Positions 10,839 to 24,900 are shown, numbered from the stretch's first letter. The stretch: DNA of 56,461 bases from Mizuhopecten yessoensis (GCF_002113885.1 NW_018403519.1:300364-356824); one strand, 5' to 3'. Notes: a model not told the origin generated them from the sequence alone. Program-made: numbers and translations.

Positions 10839-12943
10839 CAAATGAAACCAATGTGGTGCGAAGTAACTATATCGTAGACTTCAGTTCCTTGTCGCTAAGG
10901 TTATGGAGGCACTGTTATACTCCGAGGGAAAACAGGGGTCGGTAAATTGCAGACAGTTTGCCATTTGAGATGTAGCTCTTGTAGTGTCAAATTCAAATAT
11001 GAAAGACACTGCCTTGATATATATCAATATATCTTGTTGAGTGTACTGTTGCCTAACCAAGTGAGATGACGTTATTATAAAACGGGAGAGACTCTGCCCT
11101 GTAAGGCTAACGTTGTGTCGGTATCCACTTCAATTGAAGATAGATCACAGATTATTTGAAGCAGTGGAATATGCAGTATTATAGGGTTACGTTATGTGGC
11201 TTGTACAAACAATAAATACCCTCTTAAACTCGTATGACGTTTTCGTGTTTTATTTATTATTTATTTTTTTAGCTTTAGTAAGATGTATTTGCGTTAAGAT
11301 GTTTGCTTTTGATTGAAAATGTCTATTAATACTTAAAAGCGTAGTGCAGAATCAAACATTGTATCTTGCAATAATCTTCGATTGATAAGTTTCATCTATT
11401 TATCCAAGCAATACAGTGAACCGCATGCATACATTTGCGGAACTGCATTGGTAAAATCAATGCATATCACACAAAAACATATCATATCAACTTCAAGAAT
11501 GAACATGAATTAGTCTCAACTTCAACATAACCAAGTTATTCCAATTTTCTTCAGAGTGATAAGTAAAAGTTAAATTGTTTATAAATATGTTTTTTTTAAC
11601 TGGTTAGTTAAAAGGGACTAATTACTTGCCTTTAATCTAAAGATAATGATTTGTAACCACAGGACAAGGTTATTGTGTGGCAAAGACTGCTTTTGCAAAT
11701 ACTCCGATTTTAGGTATTTGTTGCATGTATAGTGTCATTTTAACATGAAAACCATGTCTGGTTTGGCCAAATCAAATATTGTAACCTTTATCCCCAAAGC
11801 AGTAGCATAAACAATTGTTTTAGATAAACCGTTTAGATTTTATGCACAGCTTATATGAACACGTTTCTGAAAATGGAAGTAGAGCATGCCATGAATATTT
11901 AGTTTGAGAAATGTTTGTTATGGTAATAGAAAAAACGCCTTTATTCAACATACCTGGATTACTTACCATACATGTATTGAACATTATATATAAATGTTAC
12001 ATTGAATAGTATATTGATTTCAAAACGTAAAGATTGAGGAGAAAAAAAATCTAAATAATTGTGTGCACTACATAGAGGTAGGCTTAAAATGAAAAATCTG
12101 TTGAAAGTAAATAAAGGTCTTCATATATACGGTATATACATGTACCGAGGTTAAAACAGTTAATTACTTGTTTTAAATCAGTTATCAGGAAGAACTATAA
12201 TAGAGCAAATTATCAGTAAATATCTAATCATGTACATAAGATAAACAGCTCTACCATTTTCATTTGCTATATCTCTGTGTATTTGTTTTTACTTTTCCGA
12301 AGTATAAAACAGAAAGGTTATCATATCTATTTTGCTTTTAGTTTTCACAGCCTTTCAATAGGCCACATTAGATTTATATTACTTGTTATCTACAACAGAA
12401 CATGCCTTCTTATATAGGAATCCACGCAATAAGTCAATGTGCCTGCAGTAAACCTGTACACCCCTGCAAGTCCGATCTGGCTTATTGCCAAGTCGTACTA
12501 TGTCAACGCTGTCTGAGTGGCCCTTTATGTTATAATTGTTACCTATGCAGTCGGCAATTTTATGTAAGCACATTACATTTAGTTACAAAATAAACACAAT
12601 ACAAACCTGTTTGTCGACAATATGTTTACATTTAAAGTATGTCACTCGAAATTTAAAGTATTCATGTCACAATTTGGATCATCAGAAGTAAACATGTATT
12701 ATATAATAGTTACATTCTAAAAAAATTGAAGTATCGTTGATGTACAGTTTTTAGTCAGCCTCGAAGCCTAAATAAGACACAAAGCGCTCCCTCATATGAA
12801 GTATTACTTATTAATTTAAACTAGAGCTGGGGAGTCATAAATTTATGTATAACAGTTAATAAATGGTGTTGTATATCGATCAACCGGAAAGAGGAAAGGA
12901 AACAGAAACAGAGACCATATGGGCATTGCATAGTATACAGGTG

Positions 12944-13148
12944 TTAAAGGCCACCTCCACAGCACAAAATAAATGTTCTCTGAATGCATTAGTCGGTTTT
13001 GTATTTTCTCGCTAAGGTTTATACGACTTGCTGAAAATATTTCAAACTGCCATCCTTTATGAAGCTATGGAAAAACAGTAAATTCAGAATGTGATTGTTG
13101 AAAATCAGAAGAAGAAAAAAATGAAAATCCTGTAGAGGTAGCACCTTT
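12944..13148. mobile_element. MITE-like non-autonomous DNA transposon
   Basis: Imperfect terminal inverted repeats AAAGG-CCACCTCCACAG / CTGTAGAGGTAGCACCTTT, with TTAA at the left end. It sits where homology between the C1 and C2 downstream flanks stops. Confidence 0.5.
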
Positions 13149-14087
13149 CTACTCCCACATTACAATGACTGGTAAAGTGAACATTTATATGTCGGACGTT
13201 GTGCCAACTGAAAACATTAAAATAGAAAAAAATACTTAACGTGAAAGGTACGCAACGTTTTTTGTATAAATTTCACTTCATGTAGCACGTATGGCCGTGC
13301 GCGTTGCTAAGCTGGTTAAGATCTTACTTGCGCACTTTTATGTACTACACTTAAGTTAATAATCATCGTTTTATTGGACCGGAAAGGAATCAATCCTTAA
13401 TGCTAAATGTAATTCCTAACTATTGTGTACGGACTGTGAACAACCAGGCTAAGAAAAGTAAGTATACTTGTCAATAAAAATTAAAAACCCACAATGTCAT
13501 ATTAACTAATCCGTGCATAGCTTATCAACACACAACATCAGATCGAATGACAACAGATCAGTTAGATGTATGAAGTGTTGATAAGAGGTGATAGAAAGTT
13601 GTTAGAAAAAAACGACAGGTACAGAGTTCTTTCCGTGTCGTGTCTGTTCCGTCGCGTTCAAAAGCTGAGTTGGTGCTATAAATAGCTCGTTTCATTTTAA
13701 CAAGCGTCATCTGTCAGCTGTAGACCTTGACACGCTCAGCGGTAAACAAGCTGGTGAGTTGGCTTTATAAATAACTGTTGGAATTTCCGTTTAGGTTACC
13801 CCTATAGCATAAGAGATAACATATTGTTGATCAATAACATTTTAACAGGAATGATTGTGCTGACTGCATCCTCGTATTTCTGAAGCGCTGTTTCTTTGAT
13901 GCAGTTTCCGCCCGAAATCCGATCAATAGATAATTGAAAAAATGAATGGGCTAGTATGGAAACCTTTAGTTATGTTCGTCCGCCAAATCTTCCCTGTTAT
14001 ATATGACTACCATCAGAATTGTTACCTGGTCTTAAATTTAGATATTTTATTTTTGTAATTGTTTATTTTTCGACGATGTTTTCATCA

Positions 14088-14299
14088 NNNNNNNNNNNNN
14101 NNNNNNNNNNNNNNNNNNNNNNNNNNNNNNNNNNNNNNNNNNNNNNNNNNNNNNNNNNNNNNNNNNNNNNNNNNNNNNNNNNNNNNNNNNNNNNNNNNNN
14201 NNNNNNNNNNNNNNNNNNNNNNNNNNNNNNNNNNNNNNNNNNNNNNNNNNNNNNNNNNNNNNNNNNNNNNNNNNNNNNNNNNNNNNNNNNNNNNNNNNN
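14088..14299. other. Assembly gap (212 N)
   Basis: Run of N. Confidence 1.
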
Positions 14300-14683
14300 A
14301 CGAGATATCTTCATCATCTACACATGCAGAGGTTAGGTATACATTATACAACCATCATATTCTGCATATTTATAAACAATCACAGCTAACCTTGATAGTT
14401 ACGTACAACTTATCGGTTTACATGTCGTAATTAATTCTGTATTCAAACGCTAGCTCAAAATAAATAGATTTATCTGTTGGATGTCGACTTCTGATTGACT
14501 TACTTACAACAAAGGGTTTTTAGATGCATGGTATATGTCTATAGTTGGCACCATAATGTCAATGGGATTTGTTTTAAATATTAAGGTAACGTACTTTGTA
14601 ATGCTCATAAGTGTGTCTTGATGTGTCGTTGTCACTTAAACTAATCTCCCTCTGAGAAAATGACAGTACTAAGACCTGACCTA

Positions 14684-15390
14684 TAACAATAATAATAAAC
14701 TTTATTTAACGGGGATGACATGTTTAGCCAAAGGCTTATCTACCACATGGTCCTCATTGTTAGTAAAACATATTAGTGTTTAGTAAATCATAATTACAAA
14801 TATCACAAATACATAAATATTGCAACATAATATCGTTATAGAATTAAATGTTTAGTATCAGCTATAAGGATATCACAGAATGTACAAGTGTTGAAATTAG
14901 GTTAAAGTTTATCATCTAAGATATAATATTGCTTAATACAAGTTTAAAAATTATCACAGAATGCACAAATTAATTATGCAAAGCCGTTTCGTCAATTAAA
15001 ATGGTACAATGCCTTATGTACATATATGCTAATATAGTAAAAAAAGTAAAAATTCCCAGGATATACGCTAATAAAGCATGCATTAAAAGTCAATGGGTTT
15101 CTTTTAAAAAGAATGAATTAAGAATTCCAGAAGTATTGGATAAGTTGCTTTCTAAAAGAATTAAAATTAGTAATGTCTTTTAAATAATTTGGAAGATTGT
15201 TCCTGTCTTGCGGACCAGAAATTAAAAATTGTTTTGAATAAAACGTAGTCCTGTGTTTAGGAACAATAGCATTGTTTGTATTGGAAAATCTGATGACTCT
15301 ACTGTGCACATTACTCACAGGTGTGATATTTTCACACAAATAACTTACCATACCATGCATACATTTATAAAACATTTATAAATTGAATCT
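14684..15390 (-). mobile_element. 3' fragment of a CR1/L2-group LINE
   Basis: Peptide FYKCMHG..YL...HSR..R......VPKHRT.FYSKQF..SGP...NNLP..LK...NFNSFRKQL is the typical ORF2 C-terminus. It is followed by a 3' UTR, AATAAA and a (TTA)n tail on the minus strand. Confidence 0.8.
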
Positions 15391-15817
15391 GAATTTATTG
15401 TGCGGCTTGCGCCGATGAAGTAGTAAACGCATACTCTTTCGTAACACCTGGTCCTATTTTCCTTGTTCTTTTTTCAAAAGTCTCCATAAAAATCTCTCTT
15501 TTGCTCAAATGTACACTTTGTACATAGTTTTATCGATTTTGAGTTCGAATGGACACTTTGAATTGACAATTGATTTTATTCCTTTTTAGTGAGTTAAAAA
15601 CACAAAATGTAATTCCCAGCGTTAATTTATGTTTATAGTCAGTAATACTTTACAAACCTTTAATGTAATATTACATTCTCCACAGTTGTATAAAATACTA
15701 GTTAATTCCATAAACTAGTGGCAGACACAAGCACATTGTTACCATCTCCTTGTTTAACACAAAAAAATCTAGTAACATGTTATGTTAATTTCAGATAACA
15801 AAAGATTACTGTATTCG

Positions 15818-16044
15818 TGACGTCATATACTGTAATAATGATAAACAACTCTGTTTACAAAATACATTCCTAAAGGGTCTGATCAGATTACATTGAAACT
15901 ATGCACGTAGACCGTGATATCTCAGGTATACATTAAATGTTGTGTATATATACAGAGACGTCGGTATATGCAAGTATATCAAAACAAAATACACACTACA
16001 ACAGCAGACTGGTACGCACGGAGAATATCGAAAACTAGGTAAGT
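15818..16044 (+). promoter_or_regulatory. Putative promoter and non-coding first exon of C2
   Basis: Perfect CRE palindrome TGACGTCA at 15818-15825, forkhead-like TGTTTAC near 15852, TATATATA near 15945, donor AG|GTAAGT near 16039, acceptor TTTCAG near 16337. Confidence 0.4.
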
Positions 16045-16371
16045 ATTTTCCGTATCAAGAGGGAAACTTTACTTTGAACATTAGCATGCAAAGATATATT
16101 TTAATTTAAGGCATTGGGGTAAGCATAAATAGAGGTTTAAAATATGTTTTTATCCTTTTTGATAATGGTATTTTGTCAGGTGTATAACTAAAACTCATTG
16201 TTCAGACCTCATATACTATGTCCCTCTTATCTAAGTGTAAATATCCCGTGCATCTATCCGATGCGTATACAAACTGACGTATATTCGATGCAAGCATTTT
16301 CCTGTTTTGTTCATTACTTCTAATAAATCTGTTTCAGGCAAGGATCGTTATTTGCAAGTTACAAGCGACTA

Positions 16372-17238
16372 ATGGACATTGCCCCTCCACCGCCATTAGA
16401 ACCATACCGGCATTTCAGGGACCCAGAATTACGAAAAAGAAGTTTTGGAAAGTGGCAGGAATATACCGAGTCATTTATAAAGGAACTTGTTGACGATGGC
16501 TTCTTTAGTATAGATGAAGAGAAACGGAAAGTGCAGTGTGTTAACTGTGGTGGAGTTCTTTGTGGCGTTGAAGAAGGACAAAATATCCACATCACACACT
16601 ATCGTCATTTTCCTAAATGTGACAGGTTTAAGTACAGAGAACCTGACTTTTTAAGTCTGTTCAAAAATCCTCTGGTCATCAGTGACGCGACAGTGGCGGA
16701 CGGTGTGTTAGGAACCATTGATGTGGCGCCGTATATCACAGGGAACCTCGGAGTAAGCGAGGGGTGCTATTTAGATGGTAGGATGGAGGACACGTCACAT
16801 CCTGTTTACGTGCTAGGGGACACGAAATACCCGAAACACATCTATTATTCCATTTACATAGACAGATTGAGAACTTTCAGTAATTGGCCAGCTCATTTTA
16901 AACAGACACCGGATGACCTTGCTAGAGCTGGTTTCTTTTATGCAGGTGAACATTCTTATCATAACATGTTTGTTTTCGTACTGATGTACATACTATTTTA
17001 CAATGACCGTTCTGATATTTAGTCACTTACACACCAAAAAAACAATATTTTTTTACATTTCTATTTTTGTATCTTTGGTTCAGGTGTTGATGACTTGTGT
17101 GAATGTTACTGCTGTGGTGGTCAGCTGGATGGCTGGGAAGATGATGATGACCCTCAGCAAGAACATAACAGGTGGTTTTCTGACACATGTCCATTATACC
17201 AAGCAAGACAGAGGCGACCATCAGCTCAGGTCGGGTGA
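16372..17238 (+). CDS. IAP gene C2: short two-BIR protein, 242 aa
   Basis: Exons 16372-16945 and 17084-17238, with the same lengths, phase and motifs as C1. Confidence 0.88.
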
Positions 17239-20200
17239 CAAATGAAACCAATGTGGTGCGAAGTAACTATATCGTAGACTTCAGTTCCTTGTCGCTAAGG
17301 TTATGGAGGCACTGTCACACTCCGAGGGAAAACAAGGGTCGGTAAATTGCAGACAGTTTGCCATTTGAGATGTAGCTCTTGTAGTGTCAAATTCAAATAT
17401 GAAAGACACTGCCTTGATATATATCAATATATCTTGTTGAGTGTACTGCTGCCTAACCAAGTGAGATGACGTTATGATAAAACGGGAGAGACTGTAAGGC
17501 TACCGTTGTGTCGGTATCCACTTCAGGTGGGCGAAAATGTGCATGTTTCGGTGGGATTCATAATGTCCATGTATAAAGCATTTTAAACGAAAAATGAATG
17601 AATTGACAAATGAATGTATAAACGGATTGAAGATAGATCACAGATTATTTGAAGCAGTGGAATATGCAGTATTATATGGTTACGTTATGTGGCTTGTACA
17701 AACAATAAATGCCCTCTTAAACTCGTATGACGTTTTCGTGTTTTATTTATTATTTATTTTTTTAGTTTTAGTAAGATGTATTTGCGTTAAGATGTCTGCT
17801 TTTGATTGAAAATGCCTCTTAATACTTAAAAGCGTAGTGCGGAATCAAACATTGCATCTTGCAATAATCTTCGATTGATAAGTTTCACCTATTTATCTAA
17901 GCAATACAGTGAACCGCATGCATACATTTGCGGAATTGCATTGGTAAAATCAATGAATATCACACAAAAAAACATATCTTATCAACTTCAGGAATGAACA
18001 TGAATTAGTCTCAACTTCAACATAACCAAGTTATTCCAATTTTCTTCAGAGTGATAAGTTAAAGCTAAATTGTTTATAAATATGTTTTTTTTTTAACTGG
18101 ATAGTTAAATGGAACTAAATAATTGCCTTTAATCTAAAGATAATGATTTGTAATCACAGGACAAGGTTATTGTGTGGCAAAGACTGCTTTTGCAAATACT
18201 CCGATTTCAGGTATTTGTTGCATGTATAGTGTCATTTTAACGTGAAAACCAGGTCTGGTTTGGCCAAGTCAAAGATTGTAACATTTATCCCCAAAACAGT
18301 AGCATAAATAATTGTTTTAGATAAACCGTTTATATTTTATGCACAGCTTTTATAAACACGTTTCTGAAAATGGAAGTAGATCATGCCATGAATATTTTGT
18401 ATGACTTACATTTAAAATTGCATTTAAATTCACTTGAAATTGATTCCATTAGATATCCCGCGGTCATCTGTCACTGTTAATTAATTCCATAACCAGTAAC
18501 TTCAATTTTTGGTCATACGCAAGCTGGTGTTACGAATAAATCCTTCTCACAACTGAATACATATTGATGTTTTGTGGATTGTAAGAAGATAATAGATAAA
18601 TATCTTTTTTTTTTCATTTTGGTTTTCTTTGCACTTGATTTTATTTTAAAACGTCCATTTCCATTTGTCTGTGGATGCCACTAAAATAACAATAACAACA
18701 ATAATATTTTGATTGAAGAAAAACGTCTTTATTCAACATACTTGGATTACTGATCATACATGTATTGAACATTATATATAAATGTTACATTGAATAGTAT
18801 ATTGATTTCAAAGACTGATGAGAAAACAAATCTAAATAGTTGTGTGCATTACATGGAAGTAGGCTTCACATAAAAAATATGTTAAAAGTTAATAAAGGTC
18901 TTCATGTATACGGTATGTAAATGTGCCGAGGTTATAACAGTTAATTACTTCTTTTTTTTAAAGACAGTAATTATCAGTAAATCTCTAATCATGTACATAA
19001 GATAAACCGCTCTAACGTTTCATTTGCTATATTTCTGTGTATTTGTTTTTACTTTTCCGAAGTATATAACAGAATAGTTATCATATCTAATTTGCTTTTA
19101 GTTTTCACAGCCTTTCAAGAGGCCACATTTGAGTTATATTACTTGTGATCTACAGCAGAACATGCCTGCTTTTATAGTAATCCACGCAATAAGTCAATGT
19201 GCCTGCTTCAACGGTGACAAGTAAACCTGTACACCCCTGCAAGTGCGATCTGGCTTATTGCCAAGTCGTACTATGTGTGTACCTATGCAGTCGGCAATTT
19301 TGAGTAAACACATTACATTTAGTTTAAAATTAACACAATACAAACCTGTTTGTCGATATCATGTTTACATTTAAAGTGTGGCACTCGACATTTAAAGTAT
19401 TCAGGTCACAATTTAGATCACCAAAAGTAAACATGTATTATATAATAGTTACATTTGAAAAGTTTTGAAGTATCATTGATGTACAGTTTTTAGTCAGCCT
19501 CGAAGCCTAAATAAGACACAAAGCGCTCCCTCCTATGAAGTATTACTTACTAATTTAAACTAGAACATATATGTATGTATACCAGTTCAGAAATTGTGAT
19601 GTATATCGATCAACTGGAACGAGGAAAGGAAACAAAAGCAGAAACCATATGTGCAATGCAAAGTATCCGTATGAAATATTGCTGCCTACTCTAACAAATA
19701 AGACAGACTTGAGCACAGACAGCTGTCGCTTTAAAACAATACACTTTACTAAATGCAGCAAATGTATGCATATTTTGATAAGGGCGTTCATTGTTTCGAG
19801 ATTTTGTACAGAAAATGAGACCAAAATTTATCTTCTCTTTTTGTTGCGAATTTCGAATTTGAAAAATATTGAACAAAATGCAACAAAAATGCACTGAATA
19901 CTTATATATTATGCATCGACCTCGGTCCCGTGAAATAGACCGATGTGATAGTATGTGTTAACTGAAGCCAATGTTACACGAACACATTTCAATATAAGGA
20001 ATAAATCAAATCATATACATTATACACAAGGTACATGTAAGGGTACATAGTCACATAAAGATAGAATCTATATATACTCATGCATGATTCGCCGATGACG
20101 TAGACTATATTTCATTCTATGGATCTATGATTGAAGATAAAAATTAATACCATGGCATAGCTGTGGTAAATGAACCTGGTTTGATCACAAGACTAGCTCT

Positions 20201-21973
20201 TTGACGATTTTCAAAGCAAATATATCATTTGTCTAGATGTTTTAAAAATGGTCAGTTTTGAATGCATTGAACAAATCAAATAGCTCATCCGAATCCTTCG
20301 GCTTTGTCATGCGAAAATCGAAGGTTGCAGAGTAAATACGTTTACCGAAAGCGCACATTTTGGATTTCGAAAGTTGTAATCTTTAATCCACACACCACAT
20401 ACCTGTAAGTATTGTTCGCTATCTTCACTGAAGGTAGCGACAGTATTGTCGGGATGGAACTGTGCCGCAAACTGCAACACTGGCAAAATGCGGGTCAAAG
20501 TACGGCGAAATGTGACGTAACTTATTTCAAGCACTTTGGAAGTTTAAGGGAGGTATTTTAGGTCAAAAGTGCTTAATAAGTAGCATATTTCTCTTGACAA
20601 AACACTGGAGTTCGGTATTTCGATGTACAGGGTGCATATTTCGAAAAATTCCCGGAAATAGGAACGTTTCCGGTGTCTCTATTGTAGCATCATAAAATTG
20701 TCTTCACCGTTGACTTTAACTTGTCCACACGTTTCTAACTTCATGTATATACTGTTACGATTCGTCCTCAATACGATTATTTTATGAAAATAAGAAGGCC
20801 AACGCTAAAACCATAGAAGGTTGCGCGTGTATGAAATACACGCGTGGTCATATCACCGGTATGTAACGACACGGTTTTGATGAATGATTTTAAAGATGAC
20901 ATATGGACCTAACATCAATAACCCGCGTTTATTCGCTAACACCTGTTAAACTGTCCAATATTTTGTACAACAGTTGAAATAATAAACTTTCCCTACTAAA
21001 TATCTAAAAGCTATTACACGTCTGAATATCACATCATGTTGATCAAGTCGTTAATTGTATCTATATTACAATACATAAATAGAACGTTTAGATGGTTTTA
21101 CATTAGACTAACAACTTCAAAGCTAGAACTTATTACAGAACACGCCAAAAAAAACACATGACCTAAACACCTAATCCCCAAAAACCGAAAGAAATATTCT
21201 AAACATTATTTTCAATATTCAATGTTTAAACTGCTTAAAGGGGTCTTTAAAAAGTACAACACTGGCACAGTTTACGAGTATTTACAAACACAACTGGAAC
21301 TGCACAGAAGATATTAATTTGTTTGGCTATTCACATTTGTTCAAGTCGTGAACATAATTATGGTTCCACACACACGTGTTGAAAAATATGTAATTGTGTA
21401 TGCTTCCATAAATGAATATCTCCACGCTTTGATGTCGTACCCCACGAAAGTCTTATATTCAATAAACTACATTCCTGACTGCTTTTTCATTTTCAGACGT
21501 AAATAAAGAGTATTACAAATACAAAATGATGTTCTACATTTGTAATCAGCCCATCCTGTATATATATAGCAGATAATTAATAAACCAAACATTGCGAAGG
21601 ACAAGATGGAATAAAAGTCATAACTATGTAAGATGTACCGCTAGGGTTGTAATAACGACAGTATGACCAAGAAGGGGCACTGAATCCGAACAACAAATGT
21701 TGGTTGGATGCGTATTACTAAAATAGATATAAGGGCAAAAAGTAATTAGGACAGTGCAGACAAAAAGGAAGTGTCTGCACAGACAATTTCATTGTCTGCA
21801 CTATCATTATTACTTCTTTACCAATACATTTACATAAATGTATATATGAGGTTTAACATTTTCTGAGCAGTCCACTCCTTTTCCGATAAACAGCTGTTAA
21901 GCATAAGCGAGGTGATCAGTCAAAGAGGCAGATATTAAAACTACTGATAGTTCGCAAATACACTGAAGTTCAG

Positions 21974-24900
21974 TTAGGATACAATAGCCTTTACAGTTCC
22001 TCTAATAAAAGTCCGACATATTGGACACTTCCTCAAGGCTGAAGCACACATCGGACAAGTGACCAGGTGACCACACGGAAGGAACACGATACTAGCTTCC
22101 TCGTCGAGACACACCTTGCATGTCTTCCTGTCTCGCAGTGCTTGGTTTTCCTCTTGAAGCTGAACTACATCTGTGGCAATAAAACCAAAACGAATTTCAT
22201 TGGTAAATGCTTACATCAAATAATCAGGAATCGTGAATTTGCTATGAATAATCGACTCTGTCAATAAGGTTATGTATCGAAATAAAAATAGTTTAAGTCT
22301 TTGTTCAGATATCTGACACGAGTTGCTCCTGACAACGAGAGATGAACCCACGTCTTATTAGCACACTGGAAAACAATCGTACGTTATATAAACAAATTTT
22401 ACAAGAAATATTAAACGAGTTTTTCAACTCCTATAAATCACAGTTATTGGTCCGGATTGAAGCACAAAAAGGGGTCTTAACGTGAGAGGAAACCTAGGTA
22501 GCCACATTAAACTCACTTGGTTTGGTATGTGACTAAAACGTGTATCTGTCGAAACAGTGAATCAAAATCAGGCCGTTTTGGTAAAAACAACGTGTGCGCT
22601 ATCCATTTTTAAAACATGATACATTTTACTATTTTTAATACGAAGGATATTCTTTCACATATTTTGTAATCAACAAGCACGTTTGAAATAAATGTGTATT
22701 GTTTTCGGATACTCACCCTCTACTCTGCTTTCTCCGAAAGACACACCGTTGTCTCTGTTTTTATCATCAACTTCTCCGTGTAACACGTCAGGCACATTTT
22801 CATTTGCTCTACTGCCATGCTCTTCATCGGAGACAACCCCGTCATTTTCCACTATCTCCCAAACAAGTGACAGTAGTATTTCAGCACTCAGTGTCTTACC
22901 TGGTGAGGATATATGAGGAATCAGTCTCTGTACGTCTATGACATGTAACACGTACGTATTATAAGAAAACTATGCCCCTTAGATACTGCTCTATATTAGC
23001 CAATCTGAGGTCATAATGTGATGACAGTGTCCATTCATTAATTAAGGATTATTAAATTTCATTTTGTTTTCCAGAACTAAAATATACAATTTAGACGTTT
23101 TATTAGAACACTAGTGGTATAAGTTTTGTTTTAAGGCCAGACTTCTCAGACTAACTGCCGGATTGCATGCACACTAAGCAATAATAATAATATAAGCTTA
23201 CGTTGCTCATATCAAAATAACCTTAACACTTAGTGTCAGCAGATATCAGGTAGGTGTTGGAATATTCCGCAATTATTGTACGGTTCTCAGTCTATGGAAT
23301 CAGTAGCACCCCTTTTACATAAATTCTGAAATACATCCCCGTCAGTCGTGTAACTGTTTGACATAATAATGCTTGTGAGAAAAGTTACCTTGTCGTTTGC
23401 TGAATAATTCAATTGCCTTCGCTATGGTTTCTTCGTTGTAACCCATTTCCATTACACTAAGGACAGCTGGTTCATCGAACGAATATTTCATTTTCGGGGC
23501 TTCGAGTTTTTGCGATTGTTCCTGTCGAATTTTTGATGAAATTTTAAGTGTTTGCTATGTTGCTATGTTATGAAGAATATAACCAACATATTCAATTGTA
23601 GTGAATTACTCTCATATCGGTAAGAAAAATTCACCAAGGAAGCAACTATTTATAATTTACTACAACGATGATGAAAGCAAATCAAAGTAAATACTTCACT
23701 CACTATACGTTCATATATATAAATATGAAGACAATTACGCAATACATATTTTGTATACTGAAGGAAAAGTTGTCTTTAAGAACTGCCAATAAGGATTTAG
23801 ACAGTGTGATTGTAATTGTCCAGATCTTATAGCTACCTGGGGTGCTGCTTTGATTGTTCCTGCTTGAACCGCCATAATGAACTGGTCATCCTTTATCAGT
23901 CTCATAAACTCACAGAACGGAAACCACCTGGCATGCTCAATAAAGGGGTCGTCTTCTGGTTCCCATTCACGTAGACCTCCTGCGCAGTAGAAACATCTCA
24001 CGTAGTCGCTGGTACCTATGAATAAATTATTGTGATAGTAATAAACAAAGACGATAAAAAAATGTTTGAAAATGACATAACGTTGTTGAGAATAATAATA
24101 CTATACAGTATTTGAAATAGCGCCTTCTACCACAATACGCTGTGTTATTCCACTCTCAGATCATTGTATAAACACGCAGACCGTTAGATAAATATGAGTT
24201 ATATACCACACGTGGTATATGACCTTCAAGAGTTTTGATTGGACGAGAAAATGAGCTTTGACCGGGACGACTTTCCACGCGCTTTTTGCCACATGCTGTT
24301 TTGTTTACGTCGTCTGCTGTCAACGTCCGACAAATGTTGGTGACTTTGTGTGGTTATGCGGAAAAGGGGGTTATTAAGGCAATATTAAAAGAACATGATA
24401 CTTAAAGATTTGATCGCTATAGTTTCGGGCAAAATTGCTACAGACGCTCGATATCGTTTCGACGTCACACCGTCGCGTGTCCAGGTCGTGAAACCAAAAC
24501 AAGATCTTTCACAATGTCGGGAACTATTTCGTTCTCCCAACATCACGTCATCGCTATTTGGACGGTCTGACTATATGGCTGAACTTTCACTATAAATGTC
24601 AACAATAGAACCGTCACGAAGAAACGTATGCCTATGGTCTTGGACATTGACAGTGATAAGGTCGTCTTCATCACTTGGCGGGAGGCAGACTTCGTACGAT
24701 ATGCTTACGCGCATATAGTCCGTTGTTAATTTATATAAATTAATGCAATATTGCTACTCTCAATATTTAAAGTCGTTCATCTATCATATTTTTTCATACT
24801 TTTGTTGCCGAAACATTAATTTTGATAATCATTAAATTTGAAAAAAAAAAGTTATTTTTTAATATTAATGAGTGACTTTTTACATATGGATCATATCACA

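Noticed and set aside
12402-12593. Cys-rich ORF as a missing RING exon for C1
   Set aside because: No RING spacing, and the paralogous sequences after C2 and C3 carry indels that disrupt it.
14019-14430. ORFs spanning the N run
   Set aside because: Artefacts of translating through the gap.
15285-18830. Other CTGATGA occurrences (about 15290 and 18815; also 26074 and 41429) as hammerheads
   Set aside because: No stem II followed by GAAA and a cleavage triplet.
19555-20534. ORFs conserved between the two segments (19555-19897, 20307-20534 and copies at 42167-43140)
   Set aside because: Conservation is explained by near-identity of the duplicated DNA. No recognisable domain or splice structure.
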